Shown here piece by piece: positions 22,116 through 31,421 of a stretch of 64,000 bases of DNA (its first letter is position 1; each line of letters begins with the position of its first letter). A program made the translations under genes and the position numbers. The notes under the pieces were generated by a model. It had not been told where the DNA came from, ran no database searches, and saw only the letters and a program-made list of their open reading frames with translations. This stretch comes from an uncultured bacterium (GTDB taxonomy: Bacteria; Krumholzibacteriota; Krumholzibacteriia; JACNKJ01), in contig CAVOFT010000001.1 of assembly GCA_963695095.1 (NCBI GenBank), forward strand, positions 725,981-789,980, read 5' to 3'.

Positions 22116-22191
22116 CTCGCGCAGGGGGGGGGGTAAGCGCTTATCAATGCATCAGATACCGGCGCGCGCGGCGGGTGACGCCCCAGCAGGT

Positions 22192-22256
22192 GGGGCTGTC
22201 GTGGCCCTCTGACGCGCACCTGTGAAGCGGTGCGCGGAGGAGGGCCACGACAGCCC
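22192..22256 (-). repeat. Structured hairpin repeat, copy B (42-nt core at 22203-22244)
   Basis: The outer stem GGGGCTGTCGTGGCCCTC/GAGGGCCACGACAGCCCC is a perfect 18 bp. The inner stem is 8 bp. The core is identical (42/42) to copy A in inverted orientation. It lies 7 nt downstream of the FG-GAP gene stop. Confidence 0.8.
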
Positions 22257-22262
22257 CGCTAT

Positions 22263-23015
22263 CTACTGGAACTTCACCCGCCGCTCGTCCCCATCGATGA
22301 CCTGGATATCCCCCAGCGCGTCCAGCCCGACGATCTCCAGCTTGCCGTCGCCGTCGATGTCGAAGATGTCCATCACATCGCCGAAGGGCCGCTCGAACTC
22401 CCACTTGAGCTGGCGAAAGCGGGCGTCGAGCACCTGGCCGCTGCTGAGCACGATGTCCGGCTGCCCGTCGGCGTCCACGTCCGCCACGAGCACCTTGCGC
22501 GCCTTGTACTCCTCGGCGCTGCGGAACTCCTCGCTCTCCTTGTCGCCCGACATGATCACCAGCCGGTTATCGGCCACGATCACGATCTCCGGCTTGCCGT
22601 CGCCGTCCACCTCGGCCACCGTGAAGCTCTCCAGGGACTGGAAATAGTTCTCGGGCGTGCGCCAGATGTCCTCCAGCGTGTCCAGGTTGATGACGAACAG
22701 GTCCCCCCGCCGCGTGCTGACGATCAGCTCGTTGCGCCGGTCGCCCGTGGCGTCGGCCACGCGCACCTCCTTGACCGGCGCCCAGACTTCCCGCTGCCGC
22801 TTCGTTTGCAGGCGGCCGGTGGCGCGGTCGCGCTCGATGAAGTAGAGGAAGCCCCGCTGGGTGCCGTAGACGAAGGAATCCAGGGTGTCGTCGATCATCT
22901 CGGCACTGTCATGGTGCTCCACGAAGGCCCAGGGATAGGACTGGTTGACCCAGTCCTGGGCCCCGGCGGGGGCGGCGAGGCCGGCGAGCGCGAGCAGGGC
23001 GGCGAACTGGCGCAT
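22263..23015 (-). CDS. Secreted FG-GAP/VCBS-like repeat protein
   Basis: An AAGGAG Shine-Dalgarno sequence precedes the ATG at 23015. The signal peptide is MRQFAALLALAGLAAPAGAQ. DxDGDG-containing repeats recur (VADATGDRRNELIV, AEVDGDGKPEIVIV, ADVDADGQPDIVL, FDIDGDGKLEIV). The longer ORF 22263..23957 is an upstream extension with non-protein-like composition. Confidence 0.7.
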   Translation of the reverse strand: MRQFAALLALAGLAAPAGAQDWVNQSYPWAFVEHHDSAEMIDDTLDSFVYGTQRGFLYFIERDRATGRLQTKRQREVWAPVKEVRVADATGDRRNELIVSTRRGDLFVINLDTLEDIWRTPENYFQSLESFTVAEVDGDGKPEIVIVADNRLVIMSGDKESEEFRSAEEYKARKVLVADVDADGQPDIVLSSGQVLDARFRQLKWEFERPFGDVMDIFDIDGDGKLEIVGLDALGDIQVIDGDERRVKFQ

Positions 23016-23171
23016 GGCTCTCCTTGCGGGTGGGAATGCCCAAAGATAGCACGCCTTGCCCGCGGCACAAAGCGCCTGAACCCGGCGCCCCCGGCTTGAA
23101 TGCTGCCCGGCCGGGGGGTGCGCTTTACACGACAGGGGCTTTGGCGTACCTTGGAGGCCTCTACTTGATCG

Positions 23172-24056
23172 ATGGCCGACGGAGGTGCGCCCATGGCGGG
23201 GCGTTTGAGTGATCGTTACAGCCCGGCGGCGCTGGAAGCGCTGCGCGTGGCCGACCTGCGCGAGCTGGCCCGCAAGCACAAGCTCGTCGGCACCAGCGCG
23301 CTGCGCAAGGCCGAGCTGGCCGCCGCGCTCCACCGACACTTCATTCAATTGGACGAGGCTGCCGCGGCCCGCCAGCGCGAGCGCGCCGATCGCCTGCCCG
23401 CCCAGACCGCCGCGCCGGCGCCCGTGGCGCCCGTGCCCGCCAGCGAGGCGGCTCCGCCCACGCCACCGGCGGCCGATCCGGGCTCCATGCGCGATCCGGC
23501 CTGGTACGCGCCGCCCCTGCCCGAGCGCTACGACGTGGATCGCCTCACGCTCATGGTGCGCGATCCCCACTGGCTCTTCTGCTACTGGGAACTGCGCCCG
23601 GCCCTGATCGCCGAAGCCCGCGCCGAGTTCCCCGGCCCGAGCTGGGTCGTCCTGCGCATCCTCCATCTCGACGAGGCGGAGGGCGTCCACGACACCTGGA
23701 CCATCGACATCGGCAGCGAGGCCCGGAGCTGGTACGTCAACACCGGCCGGCCGGGCGGCCGCTTCCGCGCCGAGCTCGGCCTCACGGACGCCGACGGCCG
23801 CTATCGCCTGCTCGTGGCGAGCAACACGGTCCGCGCGCCCATGGACACCCCCTCGGTGCGCTGGGACGAGGAGTGGGTGGGCGTCAGCCGCGAAGTCTGG
23901 GAGCAGATCGAGCGCGCGCCGCGTCCCTTCCCGGGCTCGCTCGGGGGCTGGGATCATCTCCGCCGCGATCTGGCCCGCCTGGGATCCGAGCGCGTGGGCG
24001 CGTCAGAGCGCCTCTCCGCCACCGCGCCCGGCGCCGGCAAGGGGAAGGGCTCGTGA
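23172..24056 (+). CDS. DUF4912-domain protein with Rho-N/SAP-like N-terminal motif
   Basis: LRVADLRELARKHKLVGTSALRKAELAAAL is Rho_N-like. DRLTLMVRDPHWLFCYWEL is the DUF4912 hallmark. The stop overlaps the GTG of the downstream GH57 gene (GTGA). Confidence 0.7.
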   Translation: MADGGAPMAGRLSDRYSPAALEALRVADLRELARKHKLVGTSALRKAELAAALHRHFIQLDEAAAARQRERADRLPAQTAAPAPVAPVPASEAAPPTPPAADPGSMRDPAWYAPPLPERYDVDRLTLMVRDPHWLFCYWELRPALIAEARAEFPGPSWVVLRILHLDEAEGVHDTWTIDIGSEARSWYVNTGRPGGRFRAELGLTDADGRYRLLVASNTVRAPMDTPSVRWDEEWVGVSREVWEQIERAPRPFPGSLGGWDHLRRDLARLGSERVGASERLSATAPGAGKGKGS

Positions 24057-25708
24057 GCCCCGCGCCCCGCCCCGGCCGCGTGGCCCTCGTGCTGCACCAC
24101 CACCTGCCCTACATCCGGCACCCCGAGTACGAGGACTTCATGGAGGAGGACTGGCTCCACCAGGCGGTGGCGGAGACCTATCTGCCGCTGCTGGGCGTCT
24201 TCGAGCGCCTGCGCGCCGACGGCGTGCCCTACCGGGTCACCGTCTCGCTGACGCCGCCCCTGATCTCCATGCTCGACGACCCGCTGCTGCGCGACCGCAC
24301 CGAGCGCCACCTGACGCGCCTGCTGCGCCTGGCCGAGGCCGAAGTGCTGCGCACCCGCGGCGATGACGGCCGCGCGCGCCTGGCCAGCTACTACCGCGAG
24401 CACTTCGGCGGCATGCGCGACCGCTACCTGCAGGAGTACGGCCGCGACATCGTCTCGCGCTACCGCGACCTGCAAGACAGCGGGCACCTGGAGATCGTCA
24501 CCTGCGGCGCCACGCACGGCTTCCTGCCGCTGATGAACGATCATCAGCCGGCCATGCGCGCGCAGATCGCCGTCGCCGTCGAGCACTACCGCGGGCGCTT
24601 CGGCCGCCAGCCGCGCGGCATCTGGCTGGCCGAGTGCGGCTATCAGCCCGGCGTCGAGCAGCTCCTCGCCGATGCGGGCCTCGAGTACTTCTTCGTGGAC
24701 ACGCACGGCCTGGCCTTCGCCGAGCCGCGCCCGCGCTACGGCGTCTTCGCGCCGATCATGACGGACAGCGGCGTGGCCGCCTTCGGCCGCGACCTCGAAT
24801 CGAGCCACCAGGTCTGGAGCGCCGAGGCGGGCTATCCGGGCGATCCCGTCTACCGCGAGTTCTACCGCGACCTGGGCTGGGACCTGGACCTCGACTACCT
24901 GAAGCCCTTCCTCGGCCACCACGGCTTCCGCAAGTCCACGGGCGTCAAGTATCACCGCGTGACCGGCAAGGTCGCCCTGCACGAGAAGCAGCTCTACGAC
25001 CCCTGGGCCGCGCGGGACAAGGCGGACGAGCACGCCGGCAACTTCCTCTTCAACCGTGAGCGGCAGGTCGAGGATCTCGCCGGCCGCATGGATCGGCCGC
25101 CCGTGATCGTGGCGCCCTACGACGCCGAGCTCTTCGGCCACTGGTGGTACGAGGGGCCGCGCTTCCTCGAGTCCTTCATCCGCAAGAGCGCCTACGACAC
25201 GCGCCTGTACAGCCTGGCCAGTCCGGGCGACGTGCTCGACGAGCAGCCCATCAACCAGCGGGCCACGCCCAGCTTCTCGAGCTGGGGCTACAAGGGCTAC
25301 TGCGAGTTCTGGCTCAACGGCGACAACGACTGGATCTACCGCCACCTGCACCAGGCCCAGGAGCGGATGACCCGCCTGGCCGATGCCGGCGGCGCCGGCG
25401 GCGGCCAGCTCCGGGAGCGCTTGCTGGCGCAGGCCGGGCGCGAGCTGCTGCTCGCGCAGAGCAGCGACTGGGCCTTCATCATGAAGACGGGCACGGTGGT
25501 CGAGTACGCCGAGAAGCGCACCAAGGAGCACCTGCACCGCTTCGCGGCGCTGGCGGACATGCTCGAGGGCGGCGCGCTGGACGAGGGCCGTCTCGCCGAC
25601 TACGAGGGCCGCGACAACATCTTCCCCGCCATCGACTGGCGGCACTGGCGCAGCCGCCCCGGCGAAGTCCTCGCCGCCGGCGCCCTGCGCGCGCCCGCCG
25701 CCGGCTAG
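24053..25708 (+). CDS. Glycoside hydrolase family 57 alpha-glucan branching-type enzyme
   Basis: The start is a GTG at 24053. VALVLHHHLPYIRHPEYEDFMEEDWLHQAVAETYLPLL, GHLEIVTCGATHGFLPL, GIWLAECGY and APYDAELFGHWWYEGPRFL are typical GH57/DUF1957 motifs. Confidence 0.8.
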   Translation: MSPAPRPGRVALVLHHHLPYIRHPEYEDFMEEDWLHQAVAETYLPLLGVFERLRADGVPYRVTVSLTPPLISMLDDPLLRDRTERHLTRLLRLAEAEVLRTRGDDGRARLASYYREHFGGMRDRYLQEYGRDIVSRYRDLQDSGHLEIVTCGATHGFLPLMNDHQPAMRAQIAVAVEHYRGRFGRQPRGIWLAECGYQPGVEQLLADAGLEYFFVDTHGLAFAEPRPRYGVFAPIMTDSGVAAFGRDLESSHQVWSAEAGYPGDPVYREFYRDLGWDLDLDYLKPFLGHHGFRKSTGVKYHRVTGKVALHEKQLYDPWAARDKADEHAGNFLFNRERQVEDLAGRMDRPPVIVAPYDAELFGHWWYEGPRFLESFIRKSAYDTRLYSLASPGDVLDEQPINQRATPSFSSWGYKGYCEFWLNGDNDWIYRHLHQAQERMTRLADAGGAGGGQLRERLLAQAGRELLLAQSSDWAFIMKTGTVVEYAEKRTKEHLHRFAALADMLEGGALDEGRLADYEGRDNIFPAIDWRHWRSRPGEVLAAGALRAPAAG

Positions 25709-25733
25709 GGCGCCGCGGCCGAGGGAGTCAAGC

Positions 25734-26609
25734 GTGATCAGGAGCATGACGGGCTTCGGCAGCGCGCGGCGCGCGGCGACGGACTTCGAGATCCTCGTCG
25801 ACCTGCGCTCCGTGAACAATCGCTTCTTCGACTTCCAGGCCCGCCTGCCCCGCGAGCTGAGCTACATCGAGGGGGAGCTGCTCGAGCGCTGCAAGGCGCG
25901 CGGGCTGCGCGGACGCGTGAACGTCCAGGTCGCCCTGGAGCGAACGGCCGGCGCCGCGCGGCCGCGCCTGGATGCGGAGGTCATGGCCGCTTACATCGAG
26001 GCCGTCGACAAGCTCTGCGCCGAGCACGGCTTCGCCGAGCGCGGGAGCGCGGCCCAGTTCCTCGCCCTGCCCGAGCTCTTCGGCGCGCCGGCCAGCGAGC
26101 CGGATCGCGAGCTGGTCTCGCGACTGGTCGGCGAGGCCCTCGAGGAAGCGCTCGACGGCCTGGCGGCGATGAAGCTGCGCGAAGGCGCGGCGCTGGCCGC
26201 GGAGCTGGACGGCCGGGTGGCGGTCCTCCAGGCCGCGCTCGGCCGCATCGAGGCCGGCCTGCCCGAAGCGCGGGCGACCCTCAAGGCCGGGCTCGAGGCC
26301 CGCATCGCCGACTTGCTGGGCGAGCTGGCGGTGGATCCCCAGCGGCTCGCGCAGGAGCTGGCCATCCTCATCGACCGCAGCGACCTCACCGAGGAGACCG
26401 TGCGCCTGGCCAGCCATCTGGAGCAGTTCCGGGCGGCACTGGCCGACGGCGGCGAGGTTGCCAAGAAGCTCGGCTTCCTGCTGCAGGAGATCCTGCGCGA
26501 GGCCAACACGATCGGCGCCAAGGCCCAGGCGCTGGCGATCGTCCAGGAAGTGCTGCTGATCAAGGAAGAGACGGAGAAGATCCGCGAGCAGATCCAGAAC
26601 ATCGAGTGA
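25734..26609 (+). CDS. yicC: YicC-family stress-induced protein (endoribonuclease YicC-like)
   Basis: The ORF has the N-terminus IRSMTGFGSA, the motif VDLRSVNNRFFDF and the C-terminus EILREANTIGAKAQ...VLLIKEETEKIREQIQNIE. A GAGGGAG Shine-Dalgarno sequence lies 6 nt upstream of the GTG. Confidence 0.85.
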   Translation: MIRSMTGFGSARRAATDFEILVDLRSVNNRFFDFQARLPRELSYIEGELLERCKARGLRGRVNVQVALERTAGAARPRLDAEVMAAYIEAVDKLCAEHGFAERGSAAQFLALPELFGAPASEPDRELVSRLVGEALEEALDGLAAMKLREGAALAAELDGRVAVLQAALGRIEAGLPEARATLKAGLEARIADLLGELAVDPQRLAQELAILIDRSDLTEETVRLASHLEQFRAALADGGEVAKKLGFLLQEILREANTIGAKAQALAIVQEVLLIKEETEKIREQIQNIE

Positions 26610-27283
26610 CGAACCCCACCCCGCCCTGCAGCACGCCCTGTCCGCCGGACCCCCAGGGGTCGGGCCTGGCCGTGGTCGTCTCCGGCCCCTCGGGCGCCGG
26701 CAAGACGACGCTCGTCAAGCACATGATGCTGCGCAGTTCGCGCAGCCACTTCTCGATCAGCGCCACGACGCGGGCGCCGCGAGGCGAGGAGGTCGACGGG
26801 GTCGATTACCGCTTCCTGGCCCGCGAGGCCTTCCTCGATCTGCGCGACAAGGGCGGCCTGCTCGAGTGGGCCGAAGTGCACGGCGAGTTCTACGGCACGC
26901 CGCGCGGCGAGGTCTGTCCCTATCTGCAGGACGGCCGCCACGTCTTCCTCGACATCGACGTGCAGGGCGCGCTCAGCGTGAAGCAGGCGCTGCCCGCGCA
27001 GTCCTGGCTGCTCTTCGTGTTGCCGCCGGACATGGCGCTGCTCGCCGCGCGCCTGCGCGGCCGCGGCACCGATGCCGAGGACGTCGTCGCCCGCCGCCTG
27101 GCCAACGCGATCGGCGAGCTGGCCGCGCTGCCGCGCTTCGACGCCGTCGTGGTGAACGATGAGCTGGCTCAGGCCGTCGAGCGGGCCGCCCTGCTCCTGG
27201 CCGGCCGCGAGCGCAACCTGGCGGCCTGGCTGGCGGCGGGGGGCCGCGAGTTCATGCGCGGGGCCTTCGGCGTCGCGGTCTGA
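26606..27283 (+). CDS. gmk: Guanylate kinase
   Basis: Motifs present are VVVSGPSGAGKTTLVKHM, SISATTRAPRGEEVDGVDYRF, LEWAEVHGEFYGTP and FLDIDVQGA. The GTG start overlaps the yicC stop (GTGA). Confidence 0.9.
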   Translation: MTNPTPPCSTPCPPDPQGSGLAVVVSGPSGAGKTTLVKHMMLRSSRSHFSISATTRAPRGEEVDGVDYRFLAREAFLDLRDKGGLLEWAEVHGEFYGTPRGEVCPYLQDGRHVFLDIDVQGALSVKQALPAQSWLLFVLPPDMALLAARLRGRGTDAEDVVARRLANAIGELAALPRFDAVVVNDELAQAVERAALLLAGRERNLAAWLAAGGREFMRGAFGVAV

Positions 27284-27396
27284 TTCCGTAGCTCGCAAAA
27301 TATCAACAAGTTACTGCTTTGGCGCTTGTGTTTCGCCGCAGTCCTTGATAACTTGCTTGTTCCCATCATCCCCAACGGCTGCGAGGTATCCCCGCT

Positions 27397-27660
27397 ATGG
27401 GCTTCGTTCCCATCGAGAAGGTCACGACTCGCGTTCGCAACAAGTACGAGGCCGTGCTGGTGGCCGCCAAGGAAGCGCGCGTGCAGAACAGCATCGCCCA
27501 GCTCCGGGACCAGGATCCCAACGGCGTCTACCCGAAGATCACCACGCTGTCCCTGACCCGGCTCATCGCCGGCAAGATCCGCTACTCCTACGGCGAGATC
27601 GAGCCGCTGGCCCCCGAGGAGACGACCGAGCAGCTCGATCTGGAAGAAGAGAGCAGCTAG
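27397..27660 (+). CDS. rpoZ: DNA-directed RNA polymerase subunit omega
   Basis: This 87-aa ORF contains VRNKYEAVLVAAKEARVQN and sits in the conserved gmk-rpoZ-coaBC order. Confidence 0.8.
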   Translation: MGFVPIEKVTTRVRNKYEAVLVAAKEARVQNSIAQLRDQDPNGVYPKITTLSLTRLIAGKIRYSYGEIEPLAPEETTEQLDLEEESS

Positions 27661-27664
27661 CGCC

Positions 27665-28924
27665 ATGCCCGGCGATGCGCCCAGTCCCCTCGCGGGCCTG
27701 CGGATCGTCCTCGGCGTCTCGGGCGGCATCGCCGCCTACAAGGCGGCCGTCCTGTTGCGCCTCCTGCGCAAGGACGGAGCGGAAGTCGTCGTGACGATGA
27801 CCGAGGCCGCCACCCAGTTCATCGGCCCCCTGACGATGGCCACCCTGAGCGGCAAGCCCGTCATCACCAGTCTCTGGGAGCGGGTGGCGGACGCGACCCT
27901 GCCCAGCGACGTCGAGCACATCGGCCTCGTCAAGTGGGCCGACCTCGCCCTGCTGGCGCCGGCCACGATGAACACCCTCGGCGAGCTGGCCCGCGGCCTG
28001 GCGGACGACCCCGTCACCACCTTCTTCGGCGCCTTCCCGGCCGAGCGCGCCCTGCTCGCCCCGGCGATGAACGGCGGCATGTGGCGCAACCCCGCCACGC
28101 GCAAGAACGTGCGCCTGCTGCGCGCCCGCGGCTACACGATCACCGGCCCCGGCCGCGGCGAGCTGGCCTGCGGCGACGAGGACGAGGGCCGCATGGCCGA
28201 GCCCGAGCAGATCATGAACGCCCTGGCCGGTCTCGTGAGGCGGGGGCCGCTGGCCGGGCGTCGCGTCCTGGTCACGGCCGGCCCCACGCGCGAATGGATC
28301 GACCCCGTGCGCTACTTGAGCAATGCCTCGACGGGCACGATGGGCCTGGCTATCGCCGAGGCGGCCCGCGCCCTCGGCGCAGGGGTCACCCTGGTCGCCG
28401 GCCCCGGCGTGGCGGCGGCGCATGCGGCCATCCGCCGCGTCGACGTGGAGAGCGCCGCCGACATGGCCAGTGCCGTCCATGCGGCCGCCGCCGAGGCCGA
28501 GCTGACCGTGATGGCCGCCGCGGTGGCCGACTGGCGGCCGGTGGCCGCCGCACCCGGCAAGCTCAAGAAGGCGGCCGGCCCGCCGGCGGTGGCGCTGGAG
28601 CCCACGGAGGACATCCTCGCCGCGCTCGCCGCGCGCGGCCTGGGCGGCCTGCGCGTCGGCTTCGCCCTCGAGACCACGGGGCTCGAGGAGAGCGCCCGCG
28701 CCAAGCTGGAGGCGAAGGGGCTCGCGCTGGTGGTGGCCAACGCCGTCGGCGAGGGCGCCGGCTTCGGCACCGGCGACAACACGGTGCTCGTGCTGGGCCC
28801 CGCCGGTTTCCGGCGCGAGTACCCGCGCATGGACAAGCGGGCCCTCGGCCGCGAACTCATGGCGCTCTTCGCCGACCGTCTGGGCAAGACCGATGCGGAC
28901 CGCGCCGAGGCCGGCCACCACTAA
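27665..28924 (+). CDS. coaBC: Bifunctional phosphopantothenoylcysteine decarboxylase / phosphopantothenate--cysteine ligase
   Basis: RIVLGVSGGIAAYKAAVLLRLLRKDGAEVVVTMTEAATQFI is the flavoprotein domain. VLVTAGPTREWIDPVRYLSNASTGTMG is the CoaB domain. Confidence 0.9.
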   Translation: MPGDAPSPLAGLRIVLGVSGGIAAYKAAVLLRLLRKDGAEVVVTMTEAATQFIGPLTMATLSGKPVITSLWERVADATLPSDVEHIGLVKWADLALLAPATMNTLGELARGLADDPVTTFFGAFPAERALLAPAMNGGMWRNPATRKNVRLLRARGYTITGPGRGELACGDEDEGRMAEPEQIMNALAGLVRRGPLAGRRVLVTAGPTREWIDPVRYLSNASTGTMGLAIAEAARALGAGVTLVAGPGVAAAHAAIRRVDVESAADMASAVHAAAAEAELTVMAAAVADWRPVAAAPGKLKKAAGPPAVALEPTEDILAALAARGLGGLRVGFALETTGLEESARAKLEAKGLALVVANAVGEGAGFGTGDNTVLVLGPAGFRREYPRMDKRALGRELMALFADRLGKTDADRAEAGHH

Positions 28925-30630
28925 TGCGACTCTGGGCGCCCGATCTCCAACCCAAGTTGATCACCGTGCTGCGCGAGGGTTACTCGCGGCAGCAGTTCGG
29001 GCGGGACGCCATGGCCGGTCTCGTCGTGGGCATCGTCGCCCTGCCCCTGGCGATCGCCTTTGCCATCGCCTCAGGCGTGCGCCCGGAGCAGGGCATCTAC
29101 ACGGCCATCGTGGGCGGCTTCCTGATCTCCGCCCTCGGCGGCAGCCGCGTGCAGATCGGCGGGCCGACTGGCGCCTTCGTCATCATCGTTGCGGGGGTGG
29201 TCGAGCGCTTCGGCTACGAGGGGCTTGCCGTGGCCACCCTGCTCGCGGGGGCTATCCTGGTGCTGATGGCCCTGGTGCGCCTCGGTGCGGTGATCCGCTT
29301 CATCCCCTATCCCGTCACCATCGGCTTCACGACGGGTATCGCTCTCATCATCGCTACCGGGCAGCTGCGCGACGGCCTCGGCCTGCCGATGGACAGCCTG
29401 CCCGCGGGCTTCCTGGCCAAGTGCGCTGCCTACGGCGAGCACCTCGGCGGCGCCGACGGCAATTCGCTCGCGCTCGCCCTGCTCACGATGGGCGTCATCT
29501 GGCTCTGGCCGCGCATCACGACCCGCGTGCCCGGTCCCCTGATCGCCCTCGTCGTCGCCACCGCCGTGGTCCACGCGCTGGACCTCGACGTGGAGACCGT
29601 GGGCAGCCGCTTCGGCGGCGTGCCCAGCGGGCTGCCCAGGCTGATCTGGCCCCAGGTCGAACCAGGAATGATCTCTGCGCTGTTGCCGGCGGCAATCTCG
29701 ATCGCCGTGCTGGCGGGCATCGAGTCGCTGCTCAGCGCTCTCGTCGCCGACGGCATGATTGGCGGCCGCCATCGCAGCAACGCCGAGCTGCTCGGCCAGG
29801 GGGTGGCGAACCTCGTAACCCCGCTCGTGGGTGGCATCCCGGCCACGGGCGCCATCGCGCGCACGGCCACCAACGTCAAGTCGGGTGGGCGCACTCCCCT
29901 CGCCGGCATCATGCATGCGCTCTTCCTGCTCACCGTCGTTGTGGTCGGCGGCCGCTGGGCAGCGCTGATTCCGCTACCGGCCCTCGCGGGCTTCCTCGTC
30001 ATCATCGCCTACAACATGAGCGAGTGGCGGCACTTCTTGCGCCTCTTCCGCGGCCCGCGGAGCGACGTGCTCGTGCTGCTCACCACCTTCCTGCTCACGG
30101 TGCTCGTGGACATCAACGTCGCCATCCAGGCGGGCGTCGTGCTGGCGGCGCTTCTGCTCATGCACCGCATGGCCGAGGTGAGCGTGGTCAAGCCGGTCAC
30201 GGACCTGCTCGACTACGAGGATGGCGCTGCCGGCCAGGTCGCCGCCGCGCCGCCACCACCCGGTGTCGAGGTCTTCGAGATCAACGGTTCCTTCTGCTTC
30301 GGCGCCGTCGGCAAGTTCACCGAGATCACGGCGAGCTTGAAGACGCGGCCGCGGGTGGTCATCCTGCGCATGCGCAACGTGCTGGCGATGGACGCCACGG
30401 GCCTCCATGCGCTCGAGAGCGTGGCCGCCCGCTACCGCCGCCAGCGGACGACGCTGCTACTCACCGGCGTCCACGCGCAGCCCATGCTCGCCCTGGCCAA
30501 GAGCGGCACCTTGGTCCAGATCGGCTCGGAGAACCTGTATCAGGACTTCGAGCTGGCCCTCGCGCGGGCACGCGAGCTCGTCGCTGCTGGCGAGTCGCGG
30601 CCGCCAGAAGCACGAGAAGAGAAGCGATGA
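28924..30630 (+). CDS. SulP-family anion transporter with C-terminal STAS domain
   Basis: The ATG overlaps the coaBC TAA (TAATG). DAMAGLVVGIVALPLAIAFAIASGV, GGSRVQIGGPTGAF and ARTATNVKSGGRTPLAG are present. The C-terminus VEVFEINGSFCFGAVGKF...VVILRMRNVLAMDATGLHALE is STAS-like. Confidence 0.85.
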   Translation: MRLWAPDLQPKLITVLREGYSRQQFGRDAMAGLVVGIVALPLAIAFAIASGVRPEQGIYTAIVGGFLISALGGSRVQIGGPTGAFVIIVAGVVERFGYEGLAVATLLAGAILVLMALVRLGAVIRFIPYPVTIGFTTGIALIIATGQLRDGLGLPMDSLPAGFLAKCAAYGEHLGGADGNSLALALLTMGVIWLWPRITTRVPGPLIALVVATAVVHALDLDVETVGSRFGGVPSGLPRLIWPQVEPGMISALLPAAISIAVLAGIESLLSALVADGMIGGRHRSNAELLGQGVANLVTPLVGGIPATGAIARTATNVKSGGRTPLAGIMHALFLLTVVVVGGRWAALIPLPALAGFLVIIAYNMSEWRHFLRLFRGPRSDVLVLLTTFLLTVLVDINVAIQAGVVLAALLLMHRMAEVSVVKPVTDLLDYEDGAAGQVAAAPPPPGVEVFEINGSFCFGAVGKFTEITASLKTRPRVVILRMRNVLAMDATGLHALESVAARYRRQRTTLLLTGVHAQPMLALAKSGTLVQIGSENLYQDFELALARARELVAAGESRPPEAREEKR

Positions 30631-31361
30631 GCGAGGAATTCAAGAACGTCTACGACGATGCCCGGCGGGCCGAAGCCTATGCCCAGCTCGAGTTTCCCGG
30701 CACCTACCACCTGGCCTTCCGCGACCTGCCGGCGCTCATCGCGGCGCAGGTGCGCGGGCGCCGCGCCCTGGACTTCGGCTGCGGCGCCGGGCGCTCGACG
30801 CGCTTCCTGGGCGGGCTCGGCTTCACGGCAGTGGGCATCGACATCGCCGAGCCCATGCTCGCCCTCGCGCGTGCCGCCGATCCGGCCGGCGACTACCGCC
30901 TGGTGAGCACGGCCGGCCTCGCCGACTTGACGGCGGCCTCCTTCGATCTCGTGCTCTCGGCCTTCACCTTCGACAACATCCGGGACCGGGCGGAGAAGGT
31001 GTCGCTCTTCCGGTGCCTGGGCCGCCTGCTGGCTCCGGCCGGGCGGATCGTCAGCATCGTCTCGTCGCCCGACATCTACCTGAACGAGTGGGCCTCCTTC
31101 AGCACCAAGGAGTATCCGGAGAACCGGGCGGCGCAGAGCGGCGAGCGCGTGCGCATCGTCATGCTCGACGTGCCGGACCGGCGCCCCGTGGAAGACGTCG
31201 TCTGCTTCGAAGCGGACTACCTGGAGATCTACCGGGAGTCCGGGCTCGCCGTGCGCGAAGCGCTGCGCCCGCTGGCCCGCGGTGACGAGCCCTGGCCCTG
31301 GGTGAGCGAGACGCACATCGCGCCCTGGGTGATCTATCTACTGGGCCGCATCGAGGCCTGA
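30627..31361 (+). CDS. Class I SAM-dependent methyltransferase
   Basis: The ATGA overlaps the SulP stop. ALDFGCGAGRSTRFL is the SAM-binding GxGxG motif, and FDLVLSAFTFDNI is also present. Confidence 0.7.
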   Translation: MSEEFKNVYDDARRAEAYAQLEFPGTYHLAFRDLPALIAAQVRGRRALDFGCGAGRSTRFLGGLGFTAVGIDIAEPMLALARAADPAGDYRLVSTAGLADLTAASFDLVLSAFTFDNIRDRAEKVSLFRCLGRLLAPAGRIVSIVSSPDIYLNEWASFSTKEYPENRAAQSGERVRIVMLDVPDRRPVEDVVCFEADYLEIYRESGLAVREALRPLARGDEPWPWVSETHIAPWVIYLLGRIEA

Positions 31362-31421
31362 GCTTGCGCGGCCGGCGCTGCCGGCCTGCGCATCGCGCGG
31401 AGCCCGCTGCCGGCGGAGTCC

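Noticed and set aside
23124-23152. A TTTACA-17-TACCTT promoter candidate upstream of the DUF4912 gene.
   Set aside because: Transcription from it would start at or after the GGAGG that serves as the Shine-Dalgarno sequence for the ATG at 23172. The -10 element is also weak.
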